Part shown: piece by piece, positions 35,890 through 48,059 of the stretch
How the letters are laid out: every line of letters begins with the position of its first letter
Numbering within the stretch: the stretch's first letter is position 1
DNA from: Octopus sinensis
Taxonomy: Eukaryota
Assembly (NCBI RefSeq): GCF_006345805.1
Contig: NW_021833848.1
Location: forward strand, 1 to 53,655
Length of the DNA stretch: 53,655 nt
Reading direction: 5' to 3'
The notes under the pieces: generated by a model
What the model saw: only the letters and a program-made list of their open reading frames with translations
The model's database searches: none
What the model was told of the DNA's origin: nothing
Program-made: the position numbers and the translations under genes

Positions 35890-36463
35890 AAGAGAGAGAG
35901 AGAGAGTGGGTGGGGGTAGTGTTCACTGTAGCTGGTAGTGATCATACAGTTTAGTTGGTGAGTGTTTCTTTGGCAAGCAGCGAGCTTGAAGGCCGAAGGC
36001 TTTCATGGGAACAGGAAGAATCCAAACAGTAAAGGAAAACGTGTTGCAGAGACATGAATAACGACCATTAGCCAGACTCTATGACTAATGAAATTAAACA
36101 GAAAGAATATTGGAACGATTGATAAAAAAAGGAAAAGAAAAAAAAACGAAAAGAAAAAAAAAAACATGTAGATATGTGGGAAGAGACGGAGAGAAAGGGA
36201 GGAGGTTTTAGGGAGAGAAAGAAAAAAAGACACGAAGAGGAAGGCACAGAGCTTGAGAGAGAGAGAGAGGGAGAGAGAGGGAGGGAGAGAAAGAAAAAAA
36301 GAGGAAGAGAGAAAGGAAGAGGGGAAGGGAGAGCAAGCGAGCGAGCGAGAAGTAGAAAGAGAGAAAAATGTGTGTGTATGTGTGTGTGTGTATAGAGATA
36401 GATAGATAAATAGATAGACAGATAGATAGATACAGAGCGAGATGGGGGAGAGAGAAATGTGTG

Positions 36464-36524
<61 letters not shown>

Positions 36525-36665
36525 GTGTATAAAGATAAGATCGTTATTTAAATATCGAACTTATCAAGGTGCTGTATGAACTCTTAATGTGGGTTTAGAG
36601 TCAAGTTTTGGCTGCTATTTCAAGCGTGGTGGTATCTCTTAGATACCCTAAATTATAATATACAA

Positions 36666-36704
<39 letters not shown>

Positions 36705-36862
36705 TATATATATTATACACACATACATATACATATATAAATATATATATATATAATATATATATATATTATACACACACACATATACATATATAAATAT
36801 ATATATATAGAGAGAGAGGGGGTAGAGAGACAGAGAGACGTACAATGAGTGAACATGCTCAT

Positions 36863-36895
<33 letters not shown>

Positions 36896-37239
36896 GGGTG
36901 TGAATTTTATTGAATGTGGAAGAACCAGCTGTTACGATGGTACAAATAAATCTGAAGCCGAGATGAATGCAAGAATATTATTATTAGCAAAAGGAGTTTG
37001 TTTAGTAAACAAAGATGATTTAACCAATGAAGCAGCTAAGGAAACAACACAACCAGAGAAAAGAGATCTTGTAGTCAGTCGCTCGACCTGTTTTCCAGGG
37101 AACCAGATACAAATTTCCCCTTTTGAATACGAAAAAAGAAAATATTCTCTGACTTTTAACAGCCCGCCATCACTGCCCCCTCCACCAACCAACCAACCAA
37201 CCAACGAACCAACCAACCAGCCATGCGCGCGCTACAGCC

Positions 37240-37745
37240 CCTGCAGCCACTGCTTCGATTACTACTACTACTGCGACTACTGCTGCTTGTTAAATACCAT
37301 CGCCGCCTCTGCCGCCGGCCCGACCGCCCGCCGCCACCAGATGCGTTTTCGTTTTTGTTATCATCGCTCACCATCATTATCACCACCACCATCGTCACTA
37401 CCACCAGCACCACTACCAATACCATCGCCATCATCGTCACTACCACCAGCACCACCAGCACCACCACCACCGTTATCGTCATCATCGTCACTACTACCAC
37501 CACCACCACCACCACCACCACCACCACCCCACCATCATTATCATCACCACTACCACCACCACCACCACTACCATCGTCATCATCGTCACTACCACAGCAC
37601 CACCACACCGTTATCGTCATCATCGTCACCACCACCATCATTATCATCATCGCCACCACCACCACTACCACCACCACCACCACCACCACCACCACCACCA
37701 CCATCGTCGTCACAATCTTCATTGCCATCGCCACCATTATCATGA
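37240..37745. repeat. Imperfect (CAC)/(CAT)/(TAC)n tract
   Basis: Direct reading; source of the 298, 249 and 180 aa low-complexity ORFs. Confidence 0.95.
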
Positions 37746-38265
37746 TCATTAACGTGGTTTGTTGACTGATCACTCTCTCTCTCTCTCTCTCTTTCTCTCT
37801 CACTCTCTCTCTCTTTCTCTCTCTCCCTCTCTCTCTGTTTGTTTTTGCTATCGGCTGCAGAAAGATTAAAATCAATATGACAAAATAAAAAAAAAATAGT
37901 GGCATCCCTAGATATGAATGAAATTAGAATAATAATAATAATAATAATAGTAATAATAATAATAATAACAATAATAATAATGAAATAAACAAATATCAAA
38001 AATGCTCGGCAGCGCCCCTCCCCCTTTCATTCAAAACAATAATACACACAAAAAAATAAATAAATAAATAAAAGAAAATAAAAATAATAATGGTGAAAAC
38101 GGTTATAAGACGTGTGGGGACGTACCCAGCTCAGTTATATCCGAACGAGGGGTGGAGCAAAAAAGCGTTTATATATTTACAATAATATTAAGGACATTAA
38201 AAGTTTATACAAAGAAAATAAAATGGATACAATAGGCGAATAAATACATACACAGGCGCCTGCAG

Positions 38266-38308
<43 letters not shown>

Positions 38309-38312
38309 ATAT

Positions 38313-38359
<47 letters not shown>

Positions 38360-38639
38360 CAAAACATATATGCTCATACATATATACATATATGGGCATA
38401 CACACATATATAGATATATACATATCTATATATGCACATACACAGACACACACACATATATATATATATATATACACAAACATATGCAAATACATACATA
38501 TATATACACATACATATACACTCACATACATACATATACATATAAATATATACACACACACACACGTGTACATATACAGACATGCCTGAATACACACGCA
38601 CAAAGCAAATCAGGAGCAATCCACCCACGCACAAGGTAA

Positions 38640-39360
38640 GAAGCTCCCATTGAAGTTAGATCATAGCACTCCGCGACCCCGACCCCAGCCGCCTTCTGCC
38701 CCTGGCAAATGGAAGTCGATACTCCCGGTCGGGCGCATGAGCATCTTTGAAGTCGAACTTTGAGAGAATTCTTTCACCTCCTCAGGATAGATGAGGGAGG
38801 GGATCAGTAGATTATTAACAGTTTCTCGTTCAAATATTCCACAAAACCGGAGCCCATTTCCTCCTCAATCAGCACCCTGGTCCCTTCTTCCTTAAATTCA
38901 TTCAGTATCTGCATCAGTTAGTCCATTGTTACTGATGCGAGGGACCGAATCTTTTGCCGCCGTTGCAGAAACTGAAAAACCCTTCCTCAACGTATTTGGC
39001 GTTGCTTTCGTCTGAGCTCATTCCTCTTCTTCTGTAGTTTCTTACTTACGCTATCTTGCTTATTCTTTCGCTGCCCCTCAATGGTTTTGCCATTTTTTGC
39101 CTGCCTCTATCACTTCCTTATCGATGGTACAGTTAGGAAGAGCCTGTCGGTTTCCTAGTTGTTGGCTCCGAGCACACTGTGGACGCGGCGAATTTTTCGG
39201 ATGCCCTCTGAGCTTAGACTTCCAGAAACAGCTGTTGTTGTTTTTGCCGTTGTCCGCCACTTTCTTTCTCTGATTTTCCATCTCATCTGTGTATAATACC
39301 ATTAAGTGGCCTTTGCTGTCACGCATATAGCAACTGGGCTTTCTGCTTCGCAGCACCAAT
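38640..39360 (-). pseudogene. Possible decayed retroelement ORF fragment (L1/Tx1-like region between endonuclease and RT)
   Basis: Minus frame KNGKTIEGQRKNKQDSVSKKLQKKRNELRRKQRQIR*GRVFQFLQRRQKIRSLASVTMD*LMQILNEFKEEGTRVLIEEEMGSGFVEYLNEKL, then IYPEEVKE after a shift. The resemblance is from memory only. Confidence 0.3.
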
Positions 39361-40224
39361 CTAACAGGCTACTTTTCTACCCCTACAACTGGCTATAGCT
39401 TTAGTGAAGTCTTCAGGAGTGACCAAGACTTGCATGTCAATGTAAACCCTACCCAACAGGCATGTTATTTCGTGTCACCTTCTCGCTCACTACTTCTTAA
39501 TAAGTCACAATGTCTACTAATACACCTGTCTCTGACCCTTGAACCACGCCTCTCCAGATATGCTAGCTCACCACCTTGTCACCTTTAAATAATGATAATA
39601 TGCAGAATCAAATATAGGAAAACAAACAAGCAGAGAAGACAATTGTGCAAAAAAAATCATGGAATGAAATATGCAACAAGGAAGGCTAGATACTGGACTG
39701 CTCTATCAAAGAAGAGAAGAAATGCGTGTAGGAAAACGCACCTCACTCACAGCGACCATAGCTTCTCCTCGTCCTGGAATCTTTGTATGCAGATGCTGTA
39801 GTTTCATCGTGTGTCTGCATTATTATGACCAGCCGCAGCCATCAAGCCAACCGTTCAGATATTGCTGGACACCAGATGGACCTCCTGACCAAGTGGAACG
39901 CGTGTCTTTCCCCCCATGTGAGACGAAATAACCAAATGGTCCTCCAATCTGGTCAAACGAAAACTGGGGAGCGATGGTTAGTGGCAAAGCACAAAGGGGA
40001 GTCGGTAATATATAATGGAGGCTATGTACACGTTCGCCACTTGAGCTTGAGTTTTCAAGGGACAACTTCTTTTCAGCCCATTTCAGGGACAACAACGAGG
40101 TCATACATATTTGGAGAAGGATGGCGGAAGGGGAAGGGGACAGTCGATTACGTCAGACCGTGAAGGGACGTAACCGATTCTGTAAACTACTGCCCATAGG
40201 AATAACAACACTACCGGCAACAGC

Positions 40225-40239
40225 AAAAGCGCTATTGTC

Positions 40240-40270
<31 letters not shown>

Positions 40271-41185
40271 CAGCAGTAACAGTGGTGGTGGTGGTGGTGG
40301 TGGTGTTTGTGTTGTCAGAACTGTTATAACGGCTGTGGAGTTTCAAAGAGACAATGCATGTAGTGTGGTAGTGTTTCTGTAGTTCACTCCCCCCACCGTA
40401 CCCCTGCCCTGCCCTGCAAAATTAGACCCCCCCGTTCCTACCCTGCCCCGCCCCGCCCCAAACCCTTTTCCGTCAAACAAAGGAGATAACAAACAGCAAC
40501 AACAACAACAACAGCAGCAGCAACAACAACAATAACTCGCTATTACCAATTCTAATGCTGTTATCTTCGTTCTCGCCATCCTCACCGCTGCCACCAGCCC
40601 CAGCACCCCCCTCATCGCTATCATCATCCTCATCGTCATCAACATCATCATCATCATCATCGCCTCATGCATTTCACTAATTTCTCCGCTTTATCAGCAG
40701 CCCTCCCCACCGATAAGCGCCATCTCCTCCTTCACTAAGACCAGAAACACCCACATTCCTTTAACACAACAACAACCACCAACACCAACACCACCACCAC
40801 CACCACCGCCACTACCACAACAACCACCGCCAACACTGCAACTGCTACTATCCTCCAACGCCGACACCGCCATCATTACCATGACAACCACCACCACCAC
40901 CACCACCACCACCACTACCATTAACCATTATAGTCATTAGTACCATAACCTTCACAAACCTCACGGCAACCCCCATAAATCACTACCACCACTGTCACTA
41001 CTACAACAACTACTGTTACGTACACCGGTACTACAATCACGTGCTGTCGCCATTATTACCACCACTAGCAGCAGCAGCAATGGTCGCCACCATTTTATAA
41101 TCGCCATCGTCAAAGCCAGCAACGCCATAGTTACGGAACCCCACCACCAAGACAACTACCACCACCACCGCCACCACCACCAGTT
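40225..41185. repeat. Mosaic of (TAG), (GGT), (CAA), (CAG), (CAT), (CAC) trinucleotide tracts
   Basis: Direct reading. Confidence 0.9.
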
Positions 41186-41633
41186 GTACTAGTACCGAAA
41201 CAAGTGTGATGGCTAAGTTTAAGAATAACAGGGTGTGGTGTGATATTCTGATAACCCCAATGTTTTACAAATTATCAGACATCGTTGTGTGTCCTGTGTT
41301 AAATCTCCTACACCCCTCACGCCCCCATCACTTCCTTACAATTGTTGTTGTTGTTGTTGTTGTTGTGTAGGACATGAGACAGAAATCCGCCTTGATGAAA
41401 ACAAGACTGTTTTTCGAGGCCCTCCTCCTAGAATAAGTTTAAGAAGGGGTAACTAACTACGAGTTTTTCTAGAAGAAAGAGAAGAGACTCAGCTGATAGC
41501 TTCGAGCCCCCCCGTTTGGTTCTCCGGATCACGCACCAAAGTACTAACTGACCCCTACCTTCTCATAAATCCTTTGTGTCTCTATGTAGACGAGCTTATG
41601 TATTTTGCTCCCATTGTTCGTGTACATATTCAC

Positions 41634-42244
41634 CAGCGCTTCTCAACCAGGGTCCACATGACATTTTGTTTTTAAAATTTATGTGCAAGAAATTGCTTTA
41701 CACTTCTACAATATACAAAATATACAATTCCTAATCTATATATATAAAGCTGAAGTTGTCTGTGTGTGTGGCAGGTTTGGTAGCCTTCAACTAACACTAT
41801 CTCCTCCGAGACCCTGCGGCGCAAGTTGACCAAAATTGAGAGTATGATAGAAGAAGGCTTGCTCTTTATTCCGTAAAAAAAAATTCAAATCGGACCATGT
41901 TAAGACCAAAAATTATTTACATCAAAAAGGTGCTTTTTTTTCTATGAAGATCCCTATTTTTTACGATTCTTTGACAACTGTGTCGCCATTTTTCGGTGTA
42001 TTTCAACCAGAAAAATGTTCACTTAAAGAGAATAGCAAGCTACATAATGCAAAATTTCAAAAATTCCAATTCTAAAGGGTCGAAACAAACCCGAGCAACG
42101 CCGGGCGATACTGCTAGTATTTTATAAAAACACAGTAGAATTTGTTTTTTATATATATTGAACGAATGGCCACGGGATTCAAGTATAGTGTAATCGGAAT
42201 CAAAGGGATCTATGAGGTCGGGGTGAAATGGTTGAGAACTCCTG
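41634..42244. mobile_element. hAT-type MITE interrupted by a Helitron
   Basis: TIRs CAGCGCTTCTCAACC / GGTTGAGAACTCCTG; flanks ATATTCAC / ATATATAC (6 of 8 match). Confidence 0.65.
41735..42117 (+). mobile_element. Non-autonomous Helitron, 383 bp
   Basis: A|TCTATATATATAAAGC 5' end; 3' hairpin CCCGAGCAACGCCGGG then CGATACTGCTAG|T; inserted between A and T with no TSD. Confidence 0.9.
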
Positions 42245-42391
42245 ATATATACAAATGCAAATCAATGTTTCTCTTTAAGCAAAATGGTAAGACATACCGC
42301 CTCAATAAAGAGATAACAATAAAAATAAGGTACAAGACTGCGGTCCCCATATATAAATAAATAAATATATATATATATATATTATATATAT

Positions 42392-42436
<45 letters not shown>

Positions 42437-43240
42437 ATATCTATATATATATATATATATATATATTAAAACGAGATACAAAGATACACACACATATATG
42501 GACTAAGTAGAACAAAAGGAAAGACGTGGTATAGAGAGTTCCTTAAGAGGTCTCAGAGGGTGAGACAAAAGAACTTTGATAAAAAACAGAAAATTTATAT
42601 ATATATATAGAGAGAGAGTTTATTTATTCGTTAGAAGCTTATGATTCAATACTCCTCTGCTCCGAGTTTCTCGACACACACACGTATGTATGTACGTATG
42701 TGGTTAGACGCAATTTTAAACCAAAAAGGAAATAATTCACCGTCACTAAAAGTGACCAAGGTTGCAGTGAAATAAGAACCATAGGCATTGCTAGAAATAA
42801 TAGCCATAGGGTCTATCATTTAAGCAATAAAAAAAACGATGAACTACAAGCATTGCACATAGCGATACACTCTGATTAACGAGACGGAGTGAATCATCTG
42901 CTTTTGAATGAATACGCACGACACGAATGAATGTATACGCGTGTACTTGTGTAGTACAAACACTTAAGTTCTATATCTCTGACCATTACTCTCCGCGTCG
43001 TCTACTTCGTTGTCCTCTCTCCTTTCGCTCCCTCTCTCCTTACGCTCTCTCACTCTCTCTCTCTCTCTCATTCAATCATTCACACACAGTATACACACTC
43101 TCTCTTTCACTCACCTTCTTCTCCTCTTCCTCCTTCCCCCTTCGGTGACTCATCATTCCAATCAAAATAGAGAGAGGCCTTACAGTTCAACTCAATATGT
43201 TGCAACCCTCAAAACACATTTATTGGATGACTGGCAAACG

Positions 43241-43285
<45 letters not shown>

Positions 43286-43429
43286 TAGAGAGGGAGAGAG
43301 AGCGGGGAGGAGGGCAAGGAGGGATATTTGTTCTGCTTTTTGCTGTGTTTTTTTGTTGTTGTTGTAGTAGTTGTCATTGTTTTTATTGTTGTTGCTGATG
43401 TTCTTGTTGCTCTCCTTTTTCTGCTCCTT

Positions 43430-43487
43430 ATTGTTTCTTCTTGTACCACCAGTTTTGCTATTTGCTTGCTCTTACTACTACTGCTCT

Positions 43488-43520
<33 letters not shown>

Positions 43521-44285
43521 ACCACCACCACCGCTGCTGCTACTACTACTACTACCACCACCACCACTACTACTACTACTACCACCACCACCACCGCTAC
43601 TACTACCACCACCACTACTACTACCACCACCGGTAATAATAATGATAATAATAATAATACCACTGTTTTAGCAGCAGCCTCCCACCTTTTATCTCTGCCT
43701 GTTCAGTCTATCTTATTATCTTCTACCCACTCCCACCCTCATATATATTTGTGTGTGTGTCTCTCTCTCTCTCTTACTCCCTCTCTCTATCTCTCCCTCT
43801 CTCCTCTCTCTCTCGCTTGCACCTGTATATACCTTTCTCTGTATCTATTGCTTATACCGTCGCTCATTTCTTTTTCTTACATTGTTGCAGGTGATAATAG
43901 TAGAATGTAGTGAGAATGGCGATAGTAATTCTAGTAATGGTGATGGTGGTGGTGGTGGTGGTAGTAGTTGTAGTGGTTATGGTAGTTGTGGTTGTGGTGG
44001 TAGTTGTTGTTGTGGTGGTTGTAGTTGTTGTGGTGGTGGTAGTTGTGGTGGTGGTGGTAGTTGTGGTGGTGGTGGTAGTTGTGGTGGTGGTGGTGGTAGT
44101 GTTGGCAGTGGTTGTAGTTGTTGTGGTGGTGGTAGTTGTTGTAGTGGTGGTAGTTGTGGTGGTGGTAGTAGTAGTGATGGTGGTAGTTGTGGTTGTGGTG
44201 GTGGTAATTGTAGTGGTGGTAGTTGGGCGGTGATGGTGGTAGTCGTGGTGGTGGTGGTGGTAGTTGCGGTGGTACTAGTTTGGTG
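43430..44285. repeat. (TAC/CAC)n tract and (GGT/TGT/TAG)n tract separated by about 250 bp
   Basis: Direct reading. Confidence 0.95.
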
Positions 44286-44768
44286 GTATTAGTGCTAACC
44301 AAGACCCTTGACACTATCTCTGAATATGATAGACACATACATGCACGTACTCACACGCATGCACACACATACACACACACACACACGTACCTTTTGATTC
44401 GCAACAACAACAACAACAACAACAATAAAAATAAAGAAAGAAAAGAATGATAATAGTTTCTTCTGTTGGCAACTTGACAGTTACAACTTTTTCGTTTATT
44501 CCCAAAGCCGCCGTTTCATTAGACAATGGTACGTTGCAAAGACACATGGCATTTCTGAAGTTAATTCTTTGATTAATTTTCTAACAATCTCTGGCAACTT
44601 CGAATATAAATTAAATTTTCATACAATAAGCACAATCTCTGAAAATTGAAAGGATATCTTCAATTTTCGCAGAGTTAGGATAGTCTTTTGGAACTCGAAA
44701 TATAACATGAATTGTTAGGAATTCCCTTATTCCACGCCAACAAGTTTACATTATTCTATTATACTTAG

Positions 44769-45270
44769 GGCAGCGAGCTGGGAGAATCGTTAGCACGCCA
44801 GGCGAAATGCTTAGCGGTATTTCGTCCGCCGAGGTCGACTTTGCCTTTCAACCTTTCGGGGTCGATAAATTAAGTACCAGTTACGCACTTGGGTCGATGT
44901 AATCGACTTAATACCTATGTCTGTCCTTGTTTGTCCCCTCTATGTTTAGCCCCTTGTGGGTATTAAAGAAATAGGTATTTCGTCCGCTGCTGCGTTCTGA
45001 GTTCAAATTCCGCCGAGGTCGACTTTGCCTTTTATCCTTTCGTACCAGTTACGCACTGTTACCAGTTACGTACTGTTACCAGTTACGTACCAGTTACGCA
45101 TTGCGGTCGATGTAATCGACTCCAGTGCGTAACTGGTACTTAATTTATCGACCCTGAAAGGATGAAAGGCAAAGTCGACCTCGCCGGAATTTGAACTCAG
45201 GACGTAACGGCAGCCGAAATACGGCTACGCATTTCGCCCGGCGTGCTAACGTTTCTGCCAGCTCGCCGCC
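44769..45270. mobile_element. Family A SINE dimer (+) fused tail-to-tail to a family A monomer (-)
   Basis: Plus-strand head at 44769 and reverse-complement head ending at 45270; the junction is the internal palindrome GTCGAT-GTA-ATCGAC at 45106-45120. Confidence 0.9.
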
Positions 45271-45743
45271 ACACACGCACCACACACACATATATATATA
45301 TAAAGAGAGAGAGAGGGGATGGAGAGGGAGAGAGAGAGAGAGAGAGATGGTATAGGTTAGTTCAAACAATCAAGAAGATCATACTTCAATAAAGACTCAA
45401 TGAATTTTAAATATGGAGTATATTTATCCGTACGTTGAGATCCCGCCTTTAAAGGAAGAGAACAAAAGAATAAATGCTAGATGTCTAATTTAAATATTCA
45501 TGAGGCTGGCTTATATACACACGAAACTAGTTTTTATGAATATTTAAATTAACCTTCTTACACAAGATCGAGTTTATCAACGTCGATTGTTTAAATATTT
45601 ATTTTTGGCCAGTATTTAACCTGGCAAACCTACTGAATAATCAACTAAAGATTTGAGTTACGTTCCTGTTAAGAAATTCATCGTTCGTTTATTTATTCAG
45701 TCATTTATTCATTCTAATGTTTTTTTCCAAATGCATTAGACAT

Positions 45744-45978
45744 AGCTATGAGGTTAAGAACCTCACTTTGCAACCACGTAGTCTCGGGTTCAGTTTCACT
45801 GCGAGGCATCTAGGACAAGTGTCTGGGTTTTTTTTTTTTTTCTGCTACAGTCCAGGAGCTTTGGTCGGTCCGAGGCTAGATAGTAAAGACACTTGCCCAA
45901 GATGCCATGCAGTGGGACTGAACCCGGAACCATGTCGTGGGTAAGCATGCTACTTACCACAGAGCCACTCCCGCGCCT
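45744..45978. mobile_element. Two family B SINE 5' parts in inverted orientation separated by a T run
   Basis: GGGTTCAGTTTCACTGCGAGGCATCTAGGACAAGTGTCT versus AGACACTTGCCCAAGATGCCATGCAGTGGGACTGAACCC. Confidence 0.8.
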
Positions 45979-46001
45979 ATACATACAATATATACACATA
46001 C

Positions 46002-46052
<51 letters not shown>

Positions 46053-46089
46053 TATTATATGTGTGTATGTATGTATGTATGTATTATGT

Positions 46090-46375
46090 GGAGGCGCAAT
46101 TGCTCAGTGGTTAGGGCAGCGGACTCGCGGTCGTAGGATCGCGGTTTCGATTTCCAGACCGGGCGTTGTGAGTGTTTATTGAGCGAAAACACCTAAAAGC
46201 TCCACGAGGCTCCGCGGGGGGGGGGGGGGTGATCCCTGCTGTACTCTTTCACCTATTGGCCTGCTCGCTTAGCCAGCGGGGTGGCGTCATTCGAAGGCTA
46301 AAACAATGCGAACGCATTGTGACCAGCGATGTGTAACTACATCTGATGGACTGGTCGGTCACGTGATCACGTGAT
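46090..46375 (+). mobile_element. tRNA-derived SINE (Arg-TCG-like head) ending in the CACGTGATCACGTG palindrome and (TA)n
   Basis: GGAGGCGCAATTGCTCAGTGGTTAGGGCAGCGGACTCGCGGTCGTAGGATCGCGGTTTCGATTTCC with A and B boxes, but no acceptor stem pairing. Confidence 0.8.
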
Positions 46376-46407
<32 letters not shown>

Positions 46408-46830
46408 ATCCAAATAAGACAAAGAAATACTAAACACATCTTTAATTATTCTTTACAGCTGTTTACACAATATTCGAAGTGAAAGTTTACGTAACGTTTG
46501 CGGTTTTAGAAATTAGAGTGGCACTTCATCAGACTTGTATCAAAGGTGCGCTGCTGCATTGTGCTGATAGCCCATATATATATATGTGTGTGTGTGTGTG
46601 TATTGTACTCTTCTGTTCGTTGCCACTAACATATAGCGGTTTCTCCTCATTGCCAATTGCTAAATCTCTCGCATTCTGTCTCAAAGATCTTTGGTAAAAT
46701 CCGACCGGTTACAGCAGAGGACACCTGGCCAAGGTGCCAAGCGGTGGGGGATCCATTATCCGGAACTGCATAGCCCTGCTAATGCCCACAGTACACATAG
46801 GTACACGTGTATGAGCACGTGTGTAGGTGT

Positions 46831-47131
46831 CTTCTTCGTCTTGAGACAGCATTCACCCGGGGTGGGTTGAGCTGGCTTCATTCATCCTCAATGCTGCATC
46901 TCTCACAAACGCCGACCAGGCCTGGCGATTTGAGGCTAACGACCGCGTGATCCCCAACCACTCCCTATTCCAGCGGCGAACGCCGGAGACATGGGGGCCT
47001 AGGTTGGGTTACAAATCAGCCTTGACTGTCATCAGCCAGGTTTTTCGTTGTCCACCACATCGCTTTCGCCAACCCTGAAGGGGAGTTGGGGCAATTGCTT
47101 CGTAGATGAATTCTCCTGGTTGACGACACAC
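46831..47131 (-). mobile_element. 5'-truncated RTE-clade LINE of a second family (ORF C-terminus and short 3' tail)
   Basis: Minus frame RQPGEFIYEAIAPTPLQGWRKRCGGQRKTWLMTVKADL*PNLGPHVSGVRRWNREWLGITRSLASNRQAWSAFVRDAALRMNEASSTHPG*, matching the W-R-x-R-x-G-G-Q-x-K-T-W ... A-x-x-R-x-A-W ... S-T-x-P-G-stop RTE C-terminus. Not in the ORF track because of the internal stop. Confidence 0.8.
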
Positions 47132-47306
47132 TCGTCAACCAGGAGTGTGTATGTGTGCACGCACGCTAACTAAATCAAAGCCGAGAACTATTGGAGATGA
47201 AATACAGTGAATCCTAATTTTATTTGGGCTTCTTTGAGAGAAAGCAAGAAACAGAAGGGGGGAAGCGGGTTGGGGGGAGGAGAAGGAAATTGAGCTTTAC
47301 GGAGTG

Positions 47307-47369
<63 letters not shown>

Positions 47370-47529
47370 CAGAAAGAAAGAAAGGAAAAGGAAGGACGGA
47401 AGGAAGGAAGGAAAGACAGGAAAAGAGAATATTGTAGATTTCTAAAGAGATATGTCAGGAATTCTATAGAGATGGCATTTCTGTTGTCTTGGAGAATTTT
47501 ATTACAGGAACAGTTGATTGATTGTATAA

Positions 47530-48050
47530 TGGTATAATGGTAGCGGCAGCGGTGGTAGTGGTGGTGATAGTGGAGGGGTGGTTGGTGATGATGCAATAGT
47601 ATTGGGTGGCCCTGGATGGTGGTGGTGGTGGTGATGGCGGTGACGGAGTAATGGTAGCGTTATCGTAATGATGGTGGTCGTGAGGGGAGTGACGCAATAT
47701 TAACGACGGGGTTATAGTAGTAGTAATAGTAGTAGTAGTAGTAAGTAGTAGTAGTAGTAGTAGTAGTATAGTAGTAGTAGTAGTAGTAGTAGGAAGAGCT
47801 AAGTGGTTATGCTGAATACTATAGCGGATGGTGGTGCTCTTGGTAATGGTGGTATCGTAGTGCTGGTGGTGGTTGGGGCGTTACAGTAGTAGTAGTTAGT
47901 AGTAGTAGTAGTAGTAGTAGTAATGTTCGTGGTATTGGTTTGTAATGGAGTTGAGCAATTACGATGGATAATGTTAGTGGTGGTGGTAGTGGTGATGGTG
48001 ATGGTATATGTGATAGTACCGATGGTGGTATTTGTGGTGGTATTCAAGAG
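47530..48050. repeat. (GGT)/(TAG)n mosaic
   Basis: Direct reading. Confidence 0.9.
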
Positions 48051-48059
48051 CTAAATAGT

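Noticed and set aside
36849-37745. Longest ORF (298 aa)
   Set aside because: It starts with a weak GTG in a (TG)n context and two-thirds is (CAC)n repeat; no recognisable family.
39783-40163. 126-aa non-repetitive plus-strand ORF
   Set aside because: No recognisable domain, its 3' end runs into a SINE remnant, and overlapping ORFs in other frames are equally uninformative.
46090-46165. tRNA-like sequence with A and B boxes (also at about 245-318 and 11860-11929)
   Set aside because: No acceptor stem or terminator, and each continues into a SINE body; these are SINE heads, not tRNA genes.
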